30,593 bases of DNA from Vermamoeba vermiformis. Taxonomy: Eukaryota. Of this stretch, positions 1 to 12,053 are shown one piece after another; the first letter of the stretch is position 1; every line of letters starts with the position of its first letter. The notes below the pieces were generated by a model, which was not told where the DNA came from, ran no database searches, and worked only from the letters and a program-made list of their open reading frames with translations. Position numbers and translations under genes: made by a program. The DNA lies in assembly GCA_045837725.1 (NCBI GenBank), contig JBEWZL010000301.1, forward strand, positions 62,001-92,593, in the 5' to 3' direction.

Positions 1-339
1 TTAGTAATAGTATAAGGCCAAGGACTAATACCGTTGCATAGTGGTCTCTGCGTATTATCGGAGGATGAAAGATACCAACTTTCGCTCAAGATCGTACCTA
101 AAAAAACCGCCAAGTAAATTTTTTGTTAGAATTTTGTATTTTAAACCATAAGTAAATAGTGCGTTCATTAACCGACGTTGAAGGTTCGAGTATGTTCGTA
201 AAAGGAAATTGTATTTTTAAACGCAGAAAACAGACAGAGTTTTCATTGTTTTTCTGTGTTGCAATGTCATCTCGTGGTGCACCACGCGCCTTCGGGCGAA
301 CGTTGCGCGTTATGCCAGTCATATTTGTTCCATAACAGG

Positions 340-3300
340 ATGGCTGCAGCTGGATGGATCGACGAATCCGTCCTCTTGAAGGTTATTCCATTGTCTCAGT
401 TGGCAGCATATGAATGGGATACGACTACAAATGAGACAAAATATAACGAAGCATTTTTCAATTTGTTTGGAGTGGACAAGAATGATCCAAAAGCAATTGA
501 AGATCTAAAGGCACTAAAATTTGTTGTGGATAAAGAAGAAGCGATAAAAGAAACAGGAAGACTAGTAAATTATGCAAACAGCTTGGATTTGTCAAAAGAG
601 GGTAATTATTTAATCAGATCAAAACTTGAAAAACAAATTTGATTGAATGCATACTGATAGTAATCTATTAGTATTACAATAACAACGCCGAAATTGCTAA
701 TTTTCTATCAGTAATTAAACGTTACACAAAGTTTTATTTCTGGTGGATTTGGCCTATTACCGTTACTGAATTACTTGTTGCGCCCTTGTCTAATTGTAAT
801 AATGTAATTTTAGACATAGTCATTTCGAACGAAGGCCGGTTTGATTTCATTTACCGCTTGAGAGTAGCGGATGGATCTATTAAATGGGCTAATACGAGAG
901 GCAGCATTGTTGTAGAAACAAATATCGATAGTAACACGAATAGAGCAACAAAGCACGTGAAACTCGTCGGTATAGTCCAAGATCTGACGAAAGTGTGGGA
1001 TAGATTCAAAAGTGAAGTACCCAACGGCAGCGTAGCGTCAAACGAAGTCGAAAATTCCATGCTCGTCACCGAGGCAATACCTCACTTAGTGTGGGCTAAC
1101 TACGTAAGCGATTTTTCGCGATCTTTCTAAACACTACGTGATTTATTTAAATGACAAGCGTTGCTAACCTCCAATATGTAGCCTTCAGGAGAGCCTTCCT
1201 ACTTCAACTCGCGATGGGCGGACTATACAGGCATAACATTATTTGACTTGGCGCAGTTGGGCTGGTCTTGGGAGACCGTTATACATCCGGACGATGTTAA
1301 AGGTACTTTGGAGGCGTGGAACAGAGCTTTGGGTAGCGTAAGTATAGCACTACATAAAAGCCATTCTTTTATCGAGATCTATTGGATCGAGTTTCAGATC
1401 TGACTTTGTTATTAATAACTAGATTTCCTCTATTAACTTTTAATACTTGTAGGGCCAAGACTACGAAGCTCGATTTAGATTGCGAAGACGCGACGGCCAA
1501 TATCGATGGCATCTAGGACGAGGAGTTCCTATTAAAGGCTCAGACGGAAGCATCAAACGATGGTTCAGCACGTGCACCGATATTCACGATCAAAAGATGT
1601 TAGAAGAAAAAGCTACGGCGTCAGAATTGAGATTGAAGTGGCTGATACAAAGCTTCCCGGTTAATATTTGGACGATCGATAACAATGCAATCATTACGTT
1701 CATGAACCAACAACCGTCCACAGACGACATCGGATTCGGTACGTGCAACATTAGTGTTATAAAGACACTTAATAGGATCAATTTGAAGTTCTCACAATGA
1801 AATTTCAAAAGATTATTGAAGTGTCAAAGTGTCTAATTGTTGCTTATTAAGTTCCGTCCTGGATCGGCAGATCGTTGTACGAGTACATCGATGCTAAAGG
1901 CTTGGTCGAGTTGAAGCCAGTTCTCGAGAGAGCGCGCAAAGGAGAGAATTTCTCGCAAGAAATCAACGTTGACAAGTACTGGTTTGACGTGCATTTTTGG
2001 CCGTTGAAGAACGATGAAGGAGAAATGACAGGTGTCGCTGGAGTGTCAGCGGATATCACGATCAAAAAACAAGCGGAAAAACTTATCATTAGCGAGCAGA
2101 GCGCGTTGAAGGTCGCACAAATGAAGTCGGAATTTTTGACCACGATGAGCCACGAGATCCGAACACCGTTGAACGGGATCATTGGCATGAGCGAGTTTTT
2201 GGCAGAAACGAAGTTGACTGAAGAACAAACGAAGTATTTGGATATTATTCAGAATTCAAGCTCACACTTATTGAATCTGATTAACGACATTTTGGACTAC
2301 TCGAAGATTGACAGTGGAAAAGTCGAATTAGAGCCGCGAAATTTCACGTTATCAGCATTACTCGAATCGTGCTTAAGATTGTTCATTCACAAACTGCAAA
2401 GCAAGCGATTGAATTGTGGAGTTTGCGTTGACCAAACGTTGACCAAATTAATTATGACAGCGGATGAAGGACGGATCAGCCAAATTTTGATCAATTTCGT
2501 ATCAAACGCTATTAAATTTACCCCACCTAATGGAGTTATTAATATCAAGGTTATGCCGATGAAGAAAGAGAAATTTAATCAGCTTCGAAATGACAAAGAG
2601 AAATTTTTGCAATTAATCCCAGCTGCAAAATGCCCGTTCATTCAATTTGAAGGCGAAGAAAAATCAATAATTATAACTGAAGCGAAATCTACAGAAGACG
2701 ATTGGAACATTGCTGAAGCTAGTACCGAAACAATGCACGTGCTGTTCTTAGTTCGTGACACGGGAATCGGTGTGTCAAAAGAAACAGAAGAAAAATTATT
2801 CAAGCCGTTTGTGCAAGCGATGGGCACGCACAGACAGTTTGGCGGCACTGGACTCGGCTTGTCCATTTGCAAGAAGTTAATCGAGCTTATGAAAGGCGAG
2901 ATTGGCGTGTTTAGCGTAGAAGGTCAAGGATCACTATTTTGGTTCATAGTTCCTATTTTGGTAAAGCCAAATTTGTAAGTAGAAAACAAAGCTGGATGTA
3001 GATCTGGCAGATTCTTCAATAGATTAGATAATTTATTTGCAATTTAGGAATTCATATAATGACTTTTTCGTTTATAGTGCGGGAGAGCTATCGCCGAGTA
3101 ACGAACGAGTGGATGTACCACCGTCGTCCAGTACATCCGAGCCAAAGTTACTCTTTGAAAGCAGTAAAAAGAAGAGACCTAATATATTGATAGTCGAAGA
3201 TCATCCAGTCAATAGGAAACTCATGATATTGACGCTGCAGAAGCTTGGATGCAATGTAACGGCGAGTAGCAACGGTTACGAGGCGCTGGATCTGCTTTAC

Positions 3301-3561
3301 AAAGAGAAGCAGAAGTTCGATATTATTTATATGGACTGTCATATGCCAGGCTTAGATGGCTACGAGACCTCAAGAGAGATTCGCAAGCACGAGATCTCCG
3401 AGAACATGCTCAAACCAGTGCCGATAGTTGCTTTGACAGCAGCAGCGTTGCCAGGGGACCGAGAAAAGTGTCTCGATGCAGGCATGAATGATTATATCAC
3501 CAAACCTGTAACGAGACAAGTCATTGCTGCTTCGATCAAGAAGTGGATCCCCTGGGTTTGA
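340..3561 (+). CDS. Hybrid sensor histidine kinase/response regulator (3x PAS/PAC - HisKA - HATPase_c - REC), multi-exon
   Basis: ORF pieces 256-642, 786-1130, 1480-1800, 1875-2978 and 3037-3561 join across GT-AG introns (e.g. 602-813). PAS/PAC motifs (HPDD; RRRDGQYRWHLGRGVP...TDIHDQK), H-box EFLTTMSHEIRTPLNGIIG, N-box QILINFVSNAIKFT, G1 DTGIG, G2 GGTGLGLSI; receiver ILIVEDH...YMDCHMPGLDG...GMNDYITKP. Confidence 0.95.
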
Positions 3562-3946
3562 GCGAATAGATCTGCGATTCCTTATTGAAATGACGATGAG
3601 AAGTATTATAGAGGCCATCAGATAGGCACGTGCTACATATTTGTACTGTATCATGACTACAGAGGTCATTCTAATGTATGGAGAGGTGCGTGGATCTTGC
3701 ACTCAAGAGCGGATGTGCGGTGACAGTTTTTTTTGGCTTTGATTTTGCCAATAGACTCGCTCTAACAATGGGCGATAATGAAACTATAGTAGTTAAGTCA
3801 AAATAAAGGTATAATATTTCGTCTTGCCGGAGTTTTCAGCCACTTTTTCAACGAACGAAATTTTCAATCGATCCGACGTAGAGATCAACAACAATTTGTA
3901 ATTAATTTATTTATTTGTATATTATAGATAGCATATTTAATGTATA

Positions 3947-5780
3947 ATGGCAACTGCTGAGCCCGAGAAAGCATCTCCAGCGGAGGTTAAAAAACGAACG
4001 GATTCTGGAAGTCTGATTATGAGCCGCTTAGGCAGCATTATCTCGACTTCCCTATCATTTAGCGAAGATGAAGATGACGGTCATTTAGCAGCGACATTAA
4101 AGGCTGCAAAAGCACTATCAAAATGCACATCCGTCGTTACCAATATTTTTCAGTTGGCTGGACATATTCATTTGCGCATAAAATATAATCCTCCTAAAAT
4201 TGTAAGGGCGGGAAAATTAACGGTGAGAGGTAAGCTAATTTTTGAACGGATTTGATTAAAAATTCCAAATCTGAATTTCATTCTAATGACCGTTAGAATA
4301 CCGATAGTTGTAAATTAATTATATATACTTTTAATAGTTGTCGAGGCACGAGATCTTGATTCAAAAAGCGCGACTGGTAAGTCAGATGTGATATGTAACT
4401 TTATCGATACCGTTAATTGCACTCTATATTATCGTGCATCGTATTATTACTCAATAATAATTTAATTAAATATTTAATAATATTTTTATCGGTTAGGAAC
4501 ATGCGCGCCGTACGTCAAAGTTCAATACGGCAAATCCAAATACAGATCGAGTGTCATCAAAAAGAATTTGGTATGATAGGCGATTTCATATAATATGATA
4601 ATATATCTAATATTATACGCTGTTAGAATCCATTTTGGAATGAAGAGTTCACTTTGTAAGTTGGATCTGATCCAGATTAAGATTTTATTTGCGGTACTTA
4701 AAGACGATTTCCTAATATGGTAATATTGATATACAGTGAAGTACCCATCAAGTCACCTCCAACAGATATAATTCTAGTCGTTTGGGATTGGAACAGGTAA
4801 ATTTTCAGTTGCATCCAGATCCACTTTCAAGATCCGCTTTAATACAAATATTTACGGCCTTTAAATATATTCCGGAGTATATTTGAAAACTAATTTAGTA
4901 TAAAATTCGGAAGTGGCTCCGGATCGGGTTTGTCACTCGGAGATCAGGAAAACTTTTTTTACGATCCGGATCAAATTTTTTTCCTAACGATAATCTGCTT
5001 TACTAATTTTATTATTATTTTTTTCTTAGAACTCGTGACGATTATATCGGAGAAGTTAAATTATGTTTGACCGATTTCAAAGTCGGCGACAACGACGAAG
5101 CGGAATTGGACGAGTGGTTTCCGTTAAAAGCGCAACTTGAAGAAAAAGACGGACCGGATCCGCAACAAGAAATGATTCACGAGGTAATTATATATACTAA
5201 TTAATTATAGGAGGAACATTATAATATTCATCGTAGAAATTATTGCAAATTGTACGGACATTTTTTTTGCATCCAGATCCGCTTTTCAATTTCTTCATTA
5301 TTGTTCATAATTTTACTTATTAATATAGAATTATATGTATATTAGCCTTAATAATTATTGGCGTTATATAGCGTGACAGATCTGTCAAAAAAATTAAAGG
5401 AGTGGTTTCGATTTTTTTTTTTCAGGATAAATGCTACTTAGATATTAATGATATTACCATATTAGGCAGTAGCAAATATAGAACAACAGCAAAAAATGCG
5501 CTCGAAAATGAAAAGCCCAGAAAACTTAAAACGAAAGCGGGACGCGATTCATGAACGAAAAGTGCAGCACGTGATCGAAGACAAAAATAAGTACCTAAAA
5601 AAGGGCTGGACGAAATCATTGGACGAATTCGTGATTGAAGAAAGCAAGAAAAAAGAATTGGCCGTCAACACACCGACACTGCAGCGCGTGTTGATGAAAA
5701 AAAAGAATTCGCAGTTTATTGTCATGTTAGCGCCGCTGTTGCTAGTGTTGTTGATCTACGCCATCAACCAGGGCTGGTAA
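3947..5780 (+). CDS. C2-domain protein with C-terminal transmembrane anchor, multi-exon
   Basis: Short exons read GKLTVR-VVEARDLDSKSATG-TCAPYVKVQYGKSKYRSSVIKKNL-NPFWNEEFT-...LVVWDWN-TRDDYIGEVKL...LDEWFPL, a typical C2 domain. The last exon ends in a hydrophobic helix FIVMLAPLLLVLLIYAINQGW*. Confidence 0.85.
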
Positions 5781-6055
5781 TGCTTTCTCAATAGGACAAA
5801 TATCAATAGTATAGGTGTGTTGCAAACGAATCGAAGAATTGTGTTTTGTTCCAAGATATCATGTAAATAGAGTAAATTTAATTTAGAATAATTTAATGTA
5901 CATACAATGTTTGCTGAGATGATTTCAAATTAGTCGCAAGATCTGGCCGGACCTTAGGTAGATACAAAATAGTTCAAACCGTTTGTTAAACTAGTCTTCA
6001 TTTCTTAATACTAATACTACAAGCTATAATATAGTGGTCGGTCGGCATTGCACGG

Positions 6056-8525
6056 CTAAAAGGCCAAAGCGAGAAGTGCAAAAAGAGATCCAACGATGAT
6101 ATCTGAGAGGAGCAAACATTAACACCATAGTAATATTCAAACTATTGACTATTGAACTTACGATTTGCTGTTGACTTAACGTTGTTTCCAGGAGATGGAC
6201 CGTTGTTGCTGCCGGATCCAGGAGCATTTTGATGACCGAGCGGAATATTGACACTTTGCTCCGAGAACATGAACACGGGTGTCGGTGTGGCTTGGACATC
6301 TATTTTTCCGCTGACAGGGCTTAGGACAAGTTGCGAACCATCGTACGCGATTTTATACCAATTGTTAGTGGTTGGCATCGATAGGTCAACGACGGGGTTG
6401 GCTTCGTCGTGGGCTCCTGTATTATTGGCCCATAAGACTACAGCAATATTTGTTCCGTTAGTGAACGCATAGGCTCGAACTCGCGGATCCAGATCTGATA
6501 CAAAAATTAGCGCCAACTTTAAGTTTAAGATACATCTTTAAATTAATTATAGCGTACGTGTCAAAATGTCAACAGATCCATCGTAGTACTGATAGCCGTA
6601 CAAGTACTTGGTGTACGAAATCATGGCAGAAGTCGAAGGTTTAGGAACAGCAGTGTCGGGGGTGCTTTGCGTGATATCAGCGTACAATCCCATGTAGCTG
6701 AACGAATTATCGGCTCCTGAATTTGCGTCCGTCAAACTCCACCAATGAACCTAAAAACATAACAAAAAATTGATCAAAACCTAACCCTAAACCTAACCCT
6801 CGATAAAGGTTCATCAGAATTGTAGCGAATTTTTGCCTGTTATGACTTTGTTTGCGTACCTGAGAGACGCCATTGACTTGCGCTAAGACGGACATCTTCG
6901 TAAAGTAATTTCTTTGAAGCACATCAGATCCTGGCGCGGATGTAGTGCTCTTTGAAGGAGCACCGGATTCCGTGCAAATGACGTAAGCAGGTGTATATGA
7001 ACGAGCTGTGCAAACTGCTAGCATATCCTAAACGCATTAAAATATCAGATCCGTAACTTTTGCAAAAAATTTTTAATTTCTTTACCTTGACTTGGGCAGC
7101 GAAATTATCAGCCCATTCGTCCGAAGAGTTTTTACCAGCAAAGACGGGATAGAAATGGAAGCTCAAAGTGTCGAAGTAATTGCCGCCAGTACTTCCATCT
7201 TGACCGTCGGTGTTGCGCAACATTGCGTCGAGGAAATAAGGATAACCAAGACCACCAACGGCCACATGAGCTGTTGGATCTACTTTCCTCGCCACCTACA
7301 CGAACATAATTACAAAGATTTCCTTTTTTGGCAACATGAGACTGCGGCACGTACCTCCCAAGTGATGCGCATCATGCGATTGTACTTTTGAATGGTGTCA
7401 TGCCAGTTCACGAGATCGCTCGGACTAGGGTCTTGCATGTTCCACGTTTGAGTGGCTTGCCAATTAGACACGAAATCTGGCTCGTTCCAGACCTGTCAAA
7501 AAATGACACGTGTCAACCGAAATGTCACTTCAAAAAAACTCGCGTCCTAACGCTTACCTCCCAAATCTTAATATAGTCCTTGTACATTGTGACCGTTTTG
7601 TTAACGTACGAGGCCCAATAGTTGTCAGGATTGACGTTGCCGTCTCCCAGCCAAATCGGTTGATCTAAATTCTTCGGCGAGTACGCATATGCGCTGTCTT
7701 GATTAGGCGCATTTGAATGGGCCGCAGTAGGAGCTATTATGTATCGATTAATAATAAGATTCGATGCGAAATTTAAGGTGGATCTGTTAAAGAACAACTT
7801 ACTGTTTAGGTTGCCAACCAAATTTTTGAATCCAACCTCTTTATAAGTGCTCATAGCACCTGTTTGAAATGCAATATCATAGCCCCATGTTTCCAAGTAA
7901 TTTTCAGGCAGCCACACGCGATACGAATTTACGCCAACTTTGGATGCGATGATAGCTTGCTTAGCGTCATTCCAATCTAGAATACATATGCTATTAGTTC
8001 AGTATAATACAATGGATAAACTATTCGTCCGAATGAAATCGTTGCAGGAGTTGCGAAACGAAAAATTTGTGACACGGCGTTGACAGATCAAAGATACTCG
8101 ATTCGAATTTCCTTCTCTAAATGCGTTCAATAAGGTAGCATTCAAAAAATAGTAATTTGATCGCTAATAATAAGTCCAAGAATTAAATCAATACGTTTCC
8201 GATTAATCGGGAAGCTCGAATTGATTTGAAAGTAAGCTCGTTGGAAAATCAAAGATATTATAAATGATTATGGATTAATAATAATGCTTCAAAAATTAAG
8301 GAAAAATAACTAGGCACAGAAAATCTAACTTACTAGCGGGAGGTGCTCCTGGATTTGCTCCGAAAAGATACGGAACCGAATCAAGCTCAGCTTTAACGCA
8401 GCCAATAATTACAATAATATATACGAGAGCCTATTATCAGTAAATATGTCAGAAATGTGCTATTTACTCGTGGATCATGTAGCACCTATCAGCGTGATTT
8501 CGTTTACCTTAATAATACAAGCCAT
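6056..8525 (-). CDS. Secreted or cell-surface clan GH-A glycoside hydrolase (GH5/GH39-like), multi-exon
   Basis: Spliced model: signal-peptide-like MACIIKALVYIIVIIGCVKA; acid/base motif KIWEVWNEPD; FDTLSFHFYP; nucleophile motif VICTESGAPS; Ser/Gly/Asn/Pro linker; last exon HIIVGSLFALLALAF* (stop 6056-6058), a GPI-signal-like tail. Family number not assignable by eye. Confidence 0.8.
6780..6800 (+). repeat. Short interstitial telomere-like tract (CCCTAA-like) in an intron
   Basis: cctaaccctaaacctaaccct inside an intron of the glycoside hydrolase gene; about 3.5 imperfect units. Confidence 0.4.
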
Positions 8526-8985
8526 AGGTGACGGATATCCGTGTGCTTCTTACGGCAGCAGTAAACTTACTGATAAATTTTGGCCTGCTGCTTTTAACGG
8601 CTTTGACAGCTAGCTGACAAGGGTAAAAAGATTTGACACGAATAAATACTTCAGAGCAAACAATAAAACACCAATTAATTAATTTGAATGCGACCGATAG
8701 AACGGAGGCGTTAGGTAGAAGTTGTTGGATCCGCCAAAAGTTCGCTGGAGACTCTGTTGGTAAATGATCCTGCGTAAATAATGTTAATTACAATGTAATT
8801 ATTAAAATTAACAGCTATTTAATTCGTACCTCGACAGGGCGTAGAATTTTTTCATCAGAAAGGTGAGCAGTCAGTATTATTGAAGCAGATAATGAAAAAA
8901 GTAACGTCCGTATTATTCCTGATTTTTTCATATTTTTTGGGTGCCTTCAGATTGATTTCTAATTATTTTTCAGTTTTGAACGAAG

Positions 8986-11253
8986 ATGTCGACAACAGAA
9001 CGCCACTCCTGCGTTCGCATTCGCACAAACCTGACCGGTGGCCTTAACATCGCAGAGCTAAAGCGAGTAACAGACGTCAGACCATGGGATTCTATGCGCT
9101 CTGTGGTGCTCCGTTATTGTCTTGCTGAAACTATTACCGATCCAAACCTTTACGCTATTCTAATTGGTCGAAACAATAGCGTGAATTTATATACCGTCGA
9201 GTATTATGGATTGTATAATGGTTTAGTGTTCATTTGCTTTCCTCGTTCCGGGCGCGAGATCGGTTATGGAAAAATGGAAGAAGCACCGATTGACGTAAAT
9301 AGTTCTAATTATTCTTTTAATTACTTAATTAATTCATATTATTTAATTATAGGAAAATCACAAAGCCAGCAGTAAAAGTCTTTTTGATCCAAATCCGTTT
9401 CAGTTCGAAAATCTCCCTTCAGATATTCAACAAGATTGCCTAAAATATCTAGAGCTCCATAGTATAGTCCGATTAACAGAAGTACGTCATATTCGATTAA
9501 ATACAAATGCTTAATGCGACTTCTTGCAGGTCTCAAAAAAAATGAAGAAGATCGCGTCGCTATCCAAGTTCTGGGAGAATATTTCATTCTATAACAATAA
9601 TAGTATAGACCCACAGAAGATATTAAATATTTCAACAGCGTATTACGCTCCCTCAATCAAAAAATTGGATCTGGCCTTCACGAAGATCACCTCGGAAACG
9701 CTCGCTGAGATTACATCGAAGTGTGTTAATCTAAAAGAGCTTATATTGGATGGATGTATCGATTTGAAAGGAGGCTTAAGCCAGCAGGTAAGAATAGCAG
9801 CACACAACGATCCGCTACGAAGGATTTTTTATTAAAATTCGCCAAATTTCTTTAAATATTATATAATATTAAAGTATTTGATTTATTACTGAAAATCAAT
9901 TTTAGTGCTCACAACTTGAGGTTCTGTCACTGAACGGCATTTCTGGATTTGCTCAAAAGTTAGAAACAGTTTTCCAACCAAAAAACACGACGCTAAAAGT
10001 GCTCGGCTTGGCGCACACGTATCAAGTTCTAACGGCGCAGTTATTCTCGAATTGCATTGGTTTAGAACAAATCGATATGAATTACAATCGCGGGGCTGTC
10101 ACTAATGAAACAATTGAAGCTTGCTCTCGATTGCCTAATTTGGAAGTGCTCAAGGTACGTACAATCCGAAATTTTATCAAATTTATTCTTTTGAATTATA
10201 TTTACAAAACGCAGAAAAAGCGATGCGGATCTCTATCTACGATAGTAAATAATCTTTTTTGTAATAGATTAATTGGTGCCCTAATGGAGTTGATGAAAAT
10301 GTTTTAGCGCCGTTAAGTACGATTAGATCTATAGGCATTACTAAATTTGGAAATGCTAATTAAAGTTTAGCACGGTTAACCACGTTAACAGCTTTGGAAT
10401 TTGCTGAAGGTCGAACTACGGCGGAAATACTCAAGGCCCTTTGTGAGCGGAATAACTTCAAAAGACTTCACCTGCAAGAAGTTTTTAGCTCGTACTCGTC
10501 CGCGGACATTTTCAACAATTCTCCGCAGCTCGAGAGTTTCTACGGCGTAATTCATCGCGGCGATTACAAATTACCGAAGACTTTGAAGGTAAGTCCACAA
10601 TCACAAAAAAATAACGAATTTCTTTTGACACGTGTCAAAGGCTGAACTTAATCAATATGAAAAAAATGACATATTTAGTGTCTTTCCCTATCGATTTTGA
10701 CATCGGTTTTGCTGTCATAAATTAGTACAGCCCAGGTCTCGTACGTCGACATTTTGACACTTTACGATAATTTATACGATCGTATTCGAACTTTATTTTT
10801 TAACGTTAACGTGTGTTAGTTTGACACGTGTCACAGCTTACAATTTAAATTGAGTGCTAACGAACTGTCTTGCGGTAGGCTCTGATGGCACCTGTCATGT
10901 GGCCAGAACTCTTGCAAAGATTAGCTGACGAGTGCCCGCTACTTGAAGCATTAGTTTTAAGTGACATGTCTGAAACTAAGCTCGAAAATACTTTGATTGC
11001 ATTATTACAAGCGGAAAAACTTCGGAATATTAAGTTCTTGGATATTTGTGGCGTCGCTGGCACTCAAATCGTCACTGAAGTAGCATTTCATTGCCCAAAT
11101 TTGGAATATTTGCTCTTGCATGAAAAACTCGAGGTTACTTTGGCCCAGTTGCAACTCGTACAAGAAAAATGCAAAAATCTCCGTGAAGTCCAAGTTAGAT
11201 GGCGTGATGAATTCACCGTACTCAGTAACAAATTTCAAGGATACAAATACTAA
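8986..11253 (+). CDS. Leucine-rich repeat protein (cysteine-containing, FBXL/RNI-like repeats) with a possible N-terminal ubiquitin-like domain, multi-exon
   Basis: Repeats such as SIKKLDLAFTKITSETLAEITSKCVNLKELILDGC, CIGLEQIDMNYN, LPNLEVLKL, CPLLEALVLSD and CPNLEYLLL across GT-AG exons. The N-terminal ~85 aa end in NLYTVEYYGLYNGLVFICFPR, resembling the ubiquitin strand TLSDYNIQKESTLHLVLR (weak). The 3' end is uncertain and may splice into 11277. Confidence 0.8.
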
Positions 11254-11276
11254 TGTTCTACACGTCAATTAATTAG

Positions 11277-11828
11277 TGCAAATTAAACTTAACTTTCAAA
11301 AAAGCAACCGAGCGGATCTGCTGTCGCTACACAAAAATAAAGGATCGCCGCAAACAGTTGCGACTGAGCCATGTTGTGAAGCTGATCTATGATCAGATCA
11401 CCATTTGGGATTTGAACAAGGATCAAACAGACTATGTTATTTGCCCTGGTCACATCACACGCAACAAGGTTGATGCCTCCCATCTTTGTCATAATCCACA
11501 ATGCTTCAACCCAGTTCACATCTGCTTTGAACTGACAATGATCAACCTTTCTCGCAATACCTGCTTCACAAGCAAGAGATGTAGCGGTCATAAGGGTGCC
11601 CCTAAATGCATCATTCGTAAGAGCAATGAAACTGTGAAGGAGATGAAGAGCGACGATGAAATTTCTGATTTTGAAGATGAAATTTCATCAAAGCAAGTTA
11701 AACAACGAACCAGAATTGGACGCAATGCAATTAAAATCATTCGTAAGTATCAATTCAATGTTGCAAAAGAGAGTGAATCGAATGCAAAGTCTTTGAAGGC
11801 CAAGAGAAGACAACTCCAACGCAAATAA
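11277..11828 (+). CDS. His-Cys box / His-Me finger endonuclease-like segment (zinc-binding loop of homing endonucleases); no own ATG, so a terminal exon or a 5'-truncated fragment
   Basis: DASHLCHNPQCFNPVHICFELTMINLSRNTC...C..H...PKC matches the SHLCHNxxCxNPxH...E...N..R..C signature of I-PpoI-type nucleases. The frame is open from 11277, right after TAG 11274-11276, with no ATG before the motif; acidic then basic tail. Confidence 0.75.
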   Translation, partial: CKLNLTFKKATERICCRYTKIKDRRKQLRLSHVVKLIYDQITIWDLNKDQTDYVICPGHITRNKVDASHLCHNPQCFNPVHICFELTMINLSRNTCFTSKRCSGHKGAPKCIIRKSNETVKEMKSDDEISDFEDEISSKQVKQRTRIGRNAIKIIRKYQFNVAKESESNAKSLKAKRRQLQRK

Positions 11829-12053
11829 GCTTATTTTTAACGTCTATCATTTGATTTTATATACAATTTATATACAATTCTAATTAATTTCAACGAATGT
11901 GTTGTACAATCAATATTTAAATAAAATTATGTATTCATGAATTGGTGGTGTAGGTAAGATTTACCTTTGAAATTTCAAAAAAAATAAAGAAAACAAGTAT
12001 TAAGAGCTATTCAGACTCGAGATAATTCAATACAAATGAATTTTATTGTTCTT

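Noticed and set aside
6780-6800. Telomere-like tract as evidence of a chromosome end or fusion
   Set aside because: Only about 21 bp, imperfect and intronic.
11277-11828. Group I intron or rDNA context for the His-Cys box nuclease
   Set aside because: No rRNA sequence or recognisable group I core elements nearby; the flanks are protein-coding genes.
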